Below, piece by piece: positions 38,410 through 45,725 of a stretch of 64,000 bases of DNA. The DNA is from a virus: positions 278,014-342,013 of the IMG/VR virus record IMGVR_UViG_3300028558_000016, one strand, 5' to 3'. The translations under genes were made by a program, and so were the position numbers. Positions within the stretch are counted from its first letter, which is position 1. Every line of letters starts with the position of its first letter. The notes below the pieces were generated by a model. It made no database searches. It was not told where the DNA came from and saw only the letters and a list, made by a program, of their open reading frames with translations.

Positions 38410-38845
38410 GCTATTAATACGTAATTTAAGAACGATGGAAACAACATGCGGGATATTTTTATTCTTAAAAAACGGAAAACTGTTGTTGGGACACGTAACA
38501 AACACTCAAGACAAATGGAGCATTCCGAAAGGACTTCCGGATGATGGAGAAGAATTGTTCGATGCAGCCAAACGAGAGATGTTCGAGGAGTCAAACATAG
38601 AATACGATAAGCTTAAGATAAACACCATTGTAAACAACCAATATACTTATTATAAGAATGGAAAGAAGAAGCTGTTCTCATTAACAGTTCACACTCATAA
38701 TGAGGAAAAAGATTTTGATTTGAAATGTCATTCTTTGGTAAATGATGATTTTCCTGAAATAGATGGATATAAATTTGTCACAATAAAAGAAGCATTGGAT
38801 ATGGACATCCAAGAAACACAAAAAGAAATATTAAGAAATATATGA
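38390..38845 (+). CDS. Nudix hydrolase
   Basis: GLPDDGEELFDAAKREMFEESNI fits Gx5Ex7REUxEEx(G/N)U. Confidence 0.65.
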   Translation: MGRENFKLLIRNLRTMETTCGIFLFLKNGKLLLGHVTNTQDKWSIPKGLPDDGEELFDAAKREMFEESNIEYDKLKINTIVNNQYTYYKNGKKKLFSLTVHTHNEEKDFDLKCHSLVNDDFPEIDGYKFVTIKEALDMDIQETQKEILRNI

Positions 38846-39348
38846 ATAAGCTCGAATATAGAATGTATGGAATAGTTCCTTACAACATTTCAGAAATACA
38901 AAAAGGAATCCAATTTGGACATGCTGTTGTAGAATACTCGTTGAAGTATTTTAAGAACGAAGACTTTCAACAGTGGGCCAAGAAGCACAAAACATTCATG
39001 GTTATGAATGGAGGAACAACCAATATGGGAGAAGGAACAATTCAAGGAAGACCCGATTGGATGGTTGAAGAACTTAAAGGGTCATTAAATAAATACGCCG
39101 ATTTACTTTCCAAAAATAAAATCAAATGCGCTTATTTCTTTGAGCCAGACTTAAATGATGCTTTAACTGCCGCGGTATTTCTTGCAGATGAAAGAGTTTT
39201 CGACAAGATTAAATATCCTGATTATGTTCCTCTTTCTTTTGATTTAGCAAAAAATGATCCACAACACGAGAAAGAATGGGTCAAATCTATAGGAGGAAAA
39301 CAAAATGTTTTCCTTCGTGAATTCATATCTAAACTAAGATTTGCATGA
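38842..39348 (+). CDS. Hypothetical protein
   Basis: ORF with ATGA junctions on both sides. Confidence 0.4.
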   Translation: MNKLEYRMYGIVPYNISEIQKGIQFGHAVVEYSLKYFKNEDFQQWAKKHKTFMVMNGGTTNMGEGTIQGRPDWMVEELKGSLNKYADLLSKNKIKCAYFFEPDLNDALTAAVFLADERVFDKIKYPDYVPLSFDLAKNDPQHEKEWVKSIGGKQNVFLREFISKLRFA

Positions 39349-40031
39349 AAACGACAGACAAATACGTATTATTTTATACTGAGGTATTTTCTCAGTGGCA
39401 TCCTTCCAATTTTGAAGTAGGAGGTAAAAAATTCTGCACAGCAGAACAATTCATGATGTATTTCAAAGCATTAACGTTCGGTGATCAAGAGATTGCAGAC
39501 AAGATATTAGCAACAAATAGTCCACGTGAACAAAAGAAACTTGGACGCGCTGTTAAAGGATTTGATGCTGTTAAATGGAATGCAATAGCCAAGGAAGTTG
39601 TATTCAAAGGAAACAGAGCTAAGTTTCAACAGAATCCAGAAATGTTCGAACAATTAATGGCAACAGGACACAAAGAACTTGTTGAAGCTTCCCCTTATGA
39701 TACTATATGGGGAATAGGCTTTGATGAAAATGCTCCTGAAGCTCTTGATAAGTCAACATGGAATGGAACAAATTGGCTTGGCGAAGTATTAACAAAGCTT
39801 AGAGATGTTCTTAGAAGAGAACAGACAATTCAAAACATAGTGAAACATGGTGAAGCTGAATTGGAAAAATTTGCCAGGGATTATCCAAATGACATAGGAC
39901 GATTGTATGAAAGCTATAAAAAATTGAAAACACAATCTTGGTCTGAAGATTTTTTAAGAGGATATTTAGGAGCTATAACAGATTTAATTATTATTAAAAA
40001 AGGACATTGGGGAGACTCATTTGTAAAATAA
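39345..40031 (+). CDS. NADAR-domain protein (YbiA-like; NAD/ADP-ribose N-glycosidase family)
   Basis: VLFYTEVFSQWHPSNFEVGGKKFCTAEQFMMYFKA...LGRAVKGFD...KFQQNP...LVEASPYDTIWGIGFDE parallels the E. coli YbiA pattern. Confidence 0.7.
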   Translation: MKTTDKYVLFYTEVFSQWHPSNFEVGGKKFCTAEQFMMYFKALTFGDQEIADKILATNSPREQKKLGRAVKGFDAVKWNAIAKEVVFKGNRAKFQQNPEMFEQLMATGHKELVEASPYDTIWGIGFDENAPEALDKSTWNGTNWLGEVLTKLRDVLRREQTIQNIVKHGEAELEKFARDYPNDIGRLYESYKKLKTQSWSEDFLRGYLGAITDLIIIKKGHWGDSFVK

Positions 40032-40225
40032 TGGGAAATAAAAACAGATTATACAGAAATACCGATGATTGTTTTATCGGTGGAGTTTGTTCTGGAATAT
40101 CAGACAAGCTTGGAATAGATCCAACATACGTTCGTGTATTGTGGGCTCTTTTCATATTCCTATTTGGATATGGATTATTGTTATACATCCTCCTATGGAT
40201 TATAATGCCTGAAAATGAAAACTAA
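40031..40225 (+). CDS. PspC-domain membrane protein
   Basis: LYRNTDDCFIGGVCSGISDKLGIDPTYVRVLWALFIFLFGYGLLLYILLWIIMPE matches the PspC consensus; TAATG junction with the NADAR gene. Confidence 0.6.
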   Translation: MGNKNRLYRNTDDCFIGGVCSGISDKLGIDPTYVRVLWALFIFLFGYGLLLYILLWIIMPENEN

Positions 40226-40487
40226 ATACGTCATAACTTTCCTTTTGAGCCTGACGATCTGTTTGTGTTCAGTATTGTATTTCCAATTTTATTGGATGTT
40301 ATTCATGCCTTTATTGGCCACAAATTTATTTCTTCCATTCTATATGATGGATCTTAAATCGGTAGAAACAAAGATGGAAATAATATTCTTCTTCTTGGTT
40401 CCGTTTGCAAGCGTTTTGTGGATTTTTGTAGATGGACTTCCTGGAACAATTTCTTACTTTGGAGATAAATGGAAAGAATTGAAATGA
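40215..40487 (+). CDS. Membrane protein
   Basis: Multiple hydrophobic helices. Confidence 0.4.
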   Translation: MKTKYVITFLLSLTICLCSVLYFQFYWMLFMPLLATNLFLPFYMMDLKSVETKMEIIFFFLVPFASVLWIFVDGLPGTISYFGDKWKELK

Positions 40488-40654
40488 CAGCTTTATTAAT
40501 CATATACATTATCGGTGCCTTGTTATTTCTATTCCTACTTTCATTAGATGCCAGCGCATTTAAACCTAAACATATAATACTAATAACAGTATTTTGGTTT
40601 CTGTGGTTGCTTTACTTCTTGGTCATTTCAGTGACGCACTTCAAGAGAAAATAA
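40469..40654 (+). CDS. Small membrane protein
   Basis: Two hydrophobic helices. Confidence 0.35.
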   Translation: MERIEMTALLIIYIIGALLFLFLLSLDASAFKPKHIILITVFWFLWLLYFLVISVTHFKRK

Positions 40655-40668
40655 TAGATATATAAGTC

Positions 40669-41592
40669 GTGAAAAGATTCCACGATTATAGCACATTCAA
40701 CGGCCTTGAAAATCTAAAACAGATTGTTGCCAAGAAAGATCCTTCCATGAGCGAAGACCTCATGAAGGCACTATTTCCATTAAGAGATAAGAACATTGGC
40801 AAAACATTGAAGGACATCATAAAGAGATTTGAAAAATCCGCTGAATACGATACACCGAACAAATGGTTCAGTCCAAACAAGTATAACACTTTTATGGAAT
40901 ACTTTCAAAGAGGATTAACCGACAAGAAGAAAGAAGAAATAGAAGCAACCATAGATCAATATCTCATGGTCATGCCTTCTGAATCAAACATTGAATCAAT
41001 AGGAAATTTCTCAGACACTTCATCGATATTAAGATTGAAGAAACCGACTAAAGACGTAGTTAAGGATTTAATGGATTTTGGAATAAGTGATGTGAGCACA
41101 TTAAACTTTATAAGCCTAAAGCTTCTCAAATGTTATTACCACAGGGTGCATTGCCCAGTAAGCGGAACTATACAAAAGATAACATTCATTGGAAGAGAAG
41201 AACCGTTGTTTGGAGACAATTCCCTATGGGTGGTTGAATTCAATTCAGAAGAAGGAAGAATTTACATGCTTGTAGTTGGAGAACTTTCTATACAGGATTT
41301 TAATTTCAACTTCAAAGAAGGAGACAAGGTTAACAAATTTGAAGAGCTCGGAAAATTCAATTGGGGTTCTCAGCTCGTTTTAATATATGCAAAAGATTCA
41401 TTCGTAAGCGAACCGTTGATCATAGAAAAGGAGAAATATTTTGTTGGTGATGGAATATTTAATAAGACAAAAATAGTTCAAGGCGATATTCTTAATTCAA
41501 TGCCAATTGACCAGATAGGAAATGGACAAAGAAACGGAACAATATACGGAGATGATATTTTAAAAGCACCAACAGGAGCAAACATATTTTAA
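40669..41592 (+). CDS. Phosphatidylserine decarboxylase-like protein
   Basis: GTG start. C-terminal LGKFNWGSQLVLIY resembles the PSD self-cleavage motif LGxFxMGSTVIxLF. EYFQRGL resembles the PSD FFxRxL motif. Length 307 aa. Confidence 0.45.
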   Translation: MKRFHDYSTFNGLENLKQIVAKKDPSMSEDLMKALFPLRDKNIGKTLKDIIKRFEKSAEYDTPNKWFSPNKYNTFMEYFQRGLTDKKKEEIEATIDQYLMVMPSESNIESIGNFSDTSSILRLKKPTKDVVKDLMDFGISDVSTLNFISLKLLKCYYHRVHCPVSGTIQKITFIGREEPLFGDNSLWVVEFNSEEGRIYMLVVGELSIQDFNFNFKEGDKVNKFEELGKFNWGSQLVLIYAKDSFVSEPLIIEKEKYFVGDGIFNKTKIVQGDILNSMPIDQIGNGQRNGTIYGDDILKAPTGANIF

Positions 41593-41930
41593 TGGAACAA
41601 GCAAAGATCGATAAGATAAACAGCATAATCGCAGATGCAAAGAATAAAATTAAATTTCTTGAATGTGACGGTTCAACGAGAGTATTTGATTACCTTCTAA
41701 CTAAGAATAACATCAAACATACTGTAATGGTTGGAACTGCATCACTGGAAGATAAAGAGATGCTACATTATTGGATCAAAATTGATGACATGATATTGGA
41801 CCTAAAATCAAAGATGTGGTTTGGAGATGAAGCCTCAGAAGGATTATTCAAAACAAGCAAGGTCAAGTATAACGGTAAACCAATAGAGCTAAATACCTCC
41901 GAATTGATGTACCATATTTTAACAAGTTAA
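41592..41930 (+). CDS. Hypothetical protein
   Basis: ATGA junction; no motif recognised. Confidence 0.4.
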   Translation: MEQAKIDKINSIIADAKNKIKFLECDGSTRVFDYLLTKNNIKHTVMVGTASLEDKEMLHYWIKIDDMILDLKSKMWFGDEASEGLFKTSKVKYNGKPIELNTSELMYHILTS

Positions 41931-41955
41931 ATTTTCGAGGCTCAAAAATATCTTT

Positions 41956-41963
41956 TATATTTG
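41956..41963 (+). promoter_or_regulatory. Promoter -7 box TATATTTG, near-leaderless
   Basis: Exact TAnnTTTG 5 nt upstream of ATG 41968. Confidence 0.4.
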
Positions 41964-41967
41964 TTGC

Positions 41968-42195
41968 ATGAGCAATGAATTAATAAGAATACTTAAAGAC
42001 ATAACACATGACAATGAAGAAAAAAGACTTCAAAAAGCGAGTGAATGTTCTGATGGAATAAGCTATTACAATTGTAATGCTTTACCAATGGTAGATCAAT
42101 TAGCAAATGAACTTTCCAAGTTGTCTGAAGTTGAATTGTCATTGGCCTTAAGAATTCTCGTTAGAAAGACTCAGAAAAAGGCCCAGAAAAAATAA
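41968..42195 (+). CDS. Hypothetical protein (75 aa)
   Basis: ORF; no motif recognised. Confidence 0.4.
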   Translation: MSNELIRILKDITHDNEEKRLQKASECSDGISYYNCNALPMVDQLANELSKLSEVELSLALRILVRKTQKKAQKK

Positions 42196-42220
42196 ATTTT
42201 TTAGTTTCAGAAATAGTTCC

Positions 42221-42228
42221 TATATTTG
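42221..42228 (+). promoter_or_regulatory. Promoter -7 box TATATTTG (TATATTTGCACTGAT, identical 15-mer to the site at 60345)
   Basis: Exact 15-nt repeat of the Smr-gene promoter; no ORF follows. Confidence 0.45.
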
Positions 42229-42235
42229 CACTGAT

Positions 42236-42566
42236 CATAGTTAAATGGCTTTATGCAATATATGTGTAGCTGTTCTACCTTCATCAGATGCAAGGACAAA
42301 AATTTAGGTGCGGTTATCTCCTTGCTAAACTATCGCATAGGTCAGGATTGCATTGAGAAATGCAATTGTATGGACAGACTTTAGGTATGATCATAATTTT
42401 AGAAACAAAAAAGGTATATAAGAATATAACAAGTCATGAAAACAACATTGTCATTAAGTCTAAGTTTGTCGCTATCCTTATCAGGATGGACTAACCGGGC
42501 TATGTGATAATTTCTGACTAATAAGAAATTTGAATGAACCCGGTGGAAACATCGGGTTTTTTATTT
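42236..42566 (+). ncRNA. Candidate small RNA between a promoter copy and an intrinsic terminator, upstream of the tRNA cluster
   Basis: About 330 nt with no ORF of 60 aa or more. Internal perfect hairpin ATTGCATTgagaAATGCAAT. Ends in the terminator aACCCGGTGgaaaCATCGGGTtttttt. Confidence 0.35.
42537..42566 (+). terminator. Rho-independent terminator
   Basis: ACCCGGTG gaaa CATCGGGT followed by tttttt. Confidence 0.6.
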
Positions 42567-42575
42567 TATACACAT

Positions 42576-42658
42576 GCCCATGTGGCGGAATTGGTAGACG
42601 CGCCGGTCTTAGGAACCGGTGCCTTTAAGGCGTGCAGGTTCGAGTCCTGTCATGGGTA
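42576..42658 (+). tRNA. tRNA-Leu (anticodon TAG), class II
   Basis: GCCCATG acceptor, AATTGGTAG D-loop, anticodon loop CTTAGGA, long variable arm, GTTCGAGT T-loop; no encoded CCA. Confidence 0.8.
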
Positions 42659-42739
42659 CAACGTGGTGAAAGTACATTCAGACTGTACCATCAGATTTTA
42701 GCTACTGATGAAGCATTTGTGGTGATGCTGCTGCGAATT

Positions 42740-42826
42740 GGTGAGATGTCCGAGTGGTTTAAGGAGCAACCCTGGAAAGGTTGTATACGGGAAACCGTAT
42801 CGTGGGTTCGAATCCCACTCTCACCG
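42740..42826 (+). tRNA. tRNA-Ser (anticodon GGA), class II
   Basis: GGTGAGA acceptor, 3-bp D-stem with GAGTGGTTTAA loop, anticodon loop CTGGAAA, long variable arm, discriminator G. Confidence 0.8.
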
Positions 42827-42836
42827 CAAATAAAAT

Positions 42837-42920
42837 GGAAGGTTGGTAGAGCGGTCTATTGCACCAGTCTTGAAAACTGGAGATCCTACGGGGTCCGTGA
42901 GTTCGAATCTCACACCTTCC
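42837..42920 (+). tRNA. tRNA-Ser (anticodon TGA), class II
   Basis: GGAAGGT acceptor, D-arm GTA/GAGCGGTCTAT/TGC, anticodon stem CCAGT with loop CTTGAAA; very similar to E. coli tRNA-Ser(UGA). Confidence 0.8.
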
Positions 42921-42926
42921 GCAATT

Positions 42927-43014
42927 GGAGAGCTACTCAAGTTGGTTAAGAGGCGCGTTTGCTAAACGTGTAGGACGAGAAATCGTTGGGTGGGTTCGAA
43001 CCCCACGCTCTCCG
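42927..43014 (+). tRNA. tRNA-Ser (anticodon GCT), class II
   Basis: GGAGAGC acceptor, anticodon loop TTGCTAA, long variable arm, discriminator G. Confidence 0.75.
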
Positions 43015-43025
43015 CAGAAAATTCT

Positions 43026-43108
43026 GCCCCCATGGTGGAATTGGTAGACACGCAGGACTTAAAATCCTGTGCCCTTAGGGCGTACGAGTTCGAGTCTCGT
43101 TGGGGGTA
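43026..43108 (+). tRNA. tRNA-Leu (anticodon TAA), class II
   Basis: GCCCCCA acceptor, anticodon stem CAGGA/TCCTG with loop CTTAAAA, long variable arm. Confidence 0.8.
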
Positions 43109-43115
43109 CATAAAT

Positions 43116-43197
43116 GCCGAGTTGGCGGAATTGGTAGACGCGCTGGTCTCAAACACCAGTGACGAAAGTCGTGTGGGTTCGAGTCCCACACTCGGTA
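43116..43197 (+). tRNA. tRNA-Leu (anticodon CAA), class II
   Basis: GCCGAGT acceptor, anticodon stem CTGGT/ACCAG with loop CTCAAAC, long variable arm. Confidence 0.8.
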
Positions 43198-43213
43198 CAA
43201 GAAGAAGAATAAA

Positions 43214-44677
43214 ATGGAAAATGATAAAAAATATTGCTTGGTGATGTTTCCTTATCCGTCTGGAGATGGATTGCACATTGGACATTGCTACAACTACTTG
43301 ATAGTTGATAGCTATTGTCGTTGGATGAAGAGAAAAGGAATTGAAGTGTTTCAACCATTTGGTTATGACGCTTTCGGTTTGCCTGCGGAGAATTATGCGA
43401 TCAAGCATAACAGAGATCCAAAAGAAGTCACCTATGAAAACATAGAAAATTTCAGAAGGCAGATGAAGAGATTGGATACTAATTATGAAGAGAAGTTAAT
43501 TACAGCTGATCCATCTTATTTCAAATGGACACAATGGTTGTTCACAAAGATGTTGGAGAAGGGAATTGCTTACAAGAAATTTCATCCAGTAAACTTTTGT
43601 CCATCTTGCGCAACAGTGATTGCCAATGAGCAGGTGAAGGAAGGAAAATGTGAGAGATGCAATTCAGTTGTTGAGATGAAAAACTTGAATCAATGGTTCT
43701 TCAGAATAACAGACTACACAGATAGGTTGATCAAGAACTTGCAATGGTTGGATTATCCCGAGAAAACCAAGAAGCAACAATTACATTGGTTGGAGAAGAT
43801 GAAAGAAAACAAGATCGATTGGTGTGTGTCAAGACAGAGAAAATGGGGATGTCCAATTCCTGTTGAAGGAGAGGAAGATACTTTGGACACATTTGTTGAC
43901 AGCTCATTTTACTACTTGAGATTCTTGACGGATTCTGAAGATGAATTCTTGCCAAGAGAAAAATATAAGCAGGTTGATTTGTACGTCGGAGGAAATGAAC
44001 ATGCTTGCATGCATTTGATTTATGCAAGATTTGTGAACATGTTCTTGTATGACTTGGGAATTGTTGAACAAGAAGAACCGTTCAAGAAGTTGATTCATCA
44101 GGGAATGATCAAGATGAATGGAACAAAGATGTCCAAGTCTATCGGCAATGTTGTTAATCCGGATGGGTATGATCCAGATGAATTGAGATTTTACTTGATG
44201 TTCATTGGACATTATTTTGATGGCGGAGATTGGAACGATCAAAACATTGTTGGCATAAGAAAATTCTTTGCACGATGGGATAAGCTTACTTTTAGAGAAG
44301 CAAAGGAAGGAATTGAATCTATGGATTTGACTGAATTTGAAAACCAGATCGATGGTTATGTGAAAGCTTTCAAGTTCAATAAGGTTGTTAGTTCATTCAT
44401 GGAATTTTACAACAATAATAGCAGCAGAAACTTTGACAAGGAAACCAGATTGAAGTTGAGAAGAATGTTGGAGTGTTTTGCGCCAACAAGATTTTCTAAA
44501 GATGAAAGGCCTCCAGTTGGCATGGATGAATTAAGAAGAAAATCCAATGAGTTGTCTGAGAACGTAAACAAGATTGAAGTAATGGTTAATAAAATTTTTA
44601 AAGATGTTGAACAAAAAGAAAATATCACCGGAATATCCGAGAATACCTCACTTGATGGGGAAGTCAAATCTGTATGA
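43214..44677 (+). CDS. leuS: Leucyl-tRNA synthetase-like class I aaRS catalytic core, apparently lacking the CP1 editing and C-terminal domains
   Basis: PYPSGDGLHIGHCYNY (HIGH) and MNGTKMSKSIGN (KMSKS). Only about 265 aa lie between the two motifs and 487 aa in total, against about 860 aa in bacterial LeuRS. Zinc knuckle CPSC...CERC present. Confidence 0.8.
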   Translation: MENDKKYCLVMFPYPSGDGLHIGHCYNYLIVDSYCRWMKRKGIEVFQPFGYDAFGLPAENYAIKHNRDPKEVTYENIENFRRQMKRLDTNYEEKLITADPSYFKWTQWLFTKMLEKGIAYKKFHPVNFCPSCATVIANEQVKEGKCERCNSVVEMKNLNQWFFRITDYTDRLIKNLQWLDYPEKTKKQQLHWLEKMKENKIDWCVSRQRKWGCPIPVEGEEDTLDTFVDSSFYYLRFLTDSEDEFLPREKYKQVDLYVGGNEHACMHLIYARFVNMFLYDLGIVEQEEPFKKLIHQGMIKMNGTKMSKSIGNVVNPDGYDPDELRFYLMFIGHYFDGGDWNDQNIVGIRKFFARWDKLTFREAKEGIESMDLTEFENQIDGYVKAFKFNKVVSSFMEFYNNNSSRNFDKETRLKLRRMLECFAPTRFSKDERPPVGMDELRRKSNELSENVNKIEVMVNKIFKDVEQKENITGISENTSLDGEVKSV

Positions 44678-45308
44678 CGATGACATTGAGATCAATGTTG
44701 AGTTAGGGTTTGATGCCTTTGTACAAGAGAAGGTTGATGGAGCAAACTGTGGAATCAGTTGGTTCGATGGACCCATTCTCAGAAACAGAACCCATGTGTT
44801 AAGAAAGGGATTTGAAAGAGACACTCCAGCAAAGAAACAATTTGTTCCAGCTTGGAATTGGTTGCATGAAAGAGAAGATGACTTGAAGGAGATGATGAAG
44901 AAGTGGAATGGACAGATAACTGTTTATGGAGAGTGGATGCTTGCAAAACATTCTATTGGATATGAGAAGCTTCCAGATTATTTTCTTGCTTATGACATTT
45001 GGTCGTGTGAAGAAAACAAGTTTGTTTCTCCGAAGGAATGCAAGGAACTTTTGAATGGGACTGGCATAAGATGGATCGAAGCAGAAAGAATAAGCATTCA
45101 ATCGTTCTCTGATTTGAAGTCAGTTCTTGATGTTCCCTCTAAGTACAGAGATGGAATTAAAGAAGGAATAGTTATCAAGAAAACTGACGAAGACGATAAG
45201 TGGATAGAGAAGACTTTCAAGGTTGTTAGAAAAGATTTTGAAAGGGCTGATGAAAGCTGGAATAAGAAAAAGCTTGAAAAGAATAAGCTGATAAAGAGGA
45301 GTGCCTGA
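44655..45308 (+). CDS. Minimal ATP-dependent polynucleotide (probably RNA) ligase, nucleotidyltransferase domain only
   Basis: Motif I EKVDGAN (KxDG), motif IV EGIVIKK, motif V KVVRKD. The track ORF starts at 44604 inside leuS; 44655 is the internal ATG. Confidence 0.5.
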   Translation: MGKSNLYDDDIEINVELGFDAFVQEKVDGANCGISWFDGPILRNRTHVLRKGFERDTPAKKQFVPAWNWLHEREDDLKEMMKKWNGQITVYGEWMLAKHSIGYEKLPDYFLAYDIWSCEENKFVSPKECKELLNGTGIRWIEAERISIQSFSDLKSVLDVPSKYRDGIKEGIVIKKTDEDDKWIEKTFKVVRKDFERADESWNKKKLEKNKLIKRSA

Positions 45309-45380
45309 GTGGCTGAAAGGACCGGTCTCGAAAACCGGCACACCCAAAAGGTGTCGTGAGTTCGAATCTCACCTCCTCTG
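45295..45380 (+). tRNA. tRNA-Ser (anticodon CGA), class II
   Basis: AGAGGAG acceptor (A1-U72), D-arm CCT/GAGTGGCTGAA/AGG, anticodon loop CTCGAAA, long variable arm, discriminator G; overlaps the last 14 nt of the ligase ORF. Confidence 0.75.
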
Positions 45381-45419
45381 CATTTTTTAATTTGATGATT
45401 TTTTTGTAAATTCACTATC

Positions 45420-45725
45420 ATGAATGATGAAGATAAAAAAATAAAGGGATCATTGTTTTTCTTGTACATCGGCAAGCTTAAAGAATTGGGTTTGATAGAA
45501 GGTGGCGCAGGAGATTTGACCATGAAAGGTTTTGACATTGCCATTGATGCCTATAACAGTGGACATAGATTGTCAGATGAGGAGATTAGTAATTTTCTCG
45601 AAGCCGCTCCTGGAATGGACGATGACGACACAATAGAGGCAGCATTTGGAATGATAGCCAAGATGCAAGAAATTGGATTTGATGGAATGAAAGAATTGGT
45701 TGAACGAGTAAAGAAAACATTATGA
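45420..45725 (+). CDS. Hypothetical acidic protein
   Basis: ORF with ATGA junction to Sir2. Confidence 0.4.
   Translation: MNDEDKKIKGSLFFLYIGKLKELGLIEGGAGDLTMKGFDIAIDAYNSGHRLSDEEISNFLEAAPGMDDDDTIEAAFGMIAKMQEIGFDGMKELVERVKKTL

Noticed and set aside
42659-42739. The 81-nt spacer between tRNA-Leu(TAG) and tRNA-Ser(GGA) contains hairpins (catcag...ctgatg) and could be a degenerate tRNA.
   Set aside because: No T-loop GTTCGA-like element or acceptor pairing could be built. It is more likely a processing spacer.
42632-43408. ORFs 42632..42949 (+), 42962..43408 (-), 42990..43244 (+) and 43149..43358 (-) overlapping the tRNA array.
   Set aside because: They overlap six well-formed tRNA genes and use GTG starts. 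Their translations look like noise.
45098-45544. Minus-strand ORFs 45098..45544 and 45120..45347, and ORF 44799..45101 (-).
   Set aside because: They are antisense to the ligase gene and the tRNA-Ser(CGA), and have poor composition.
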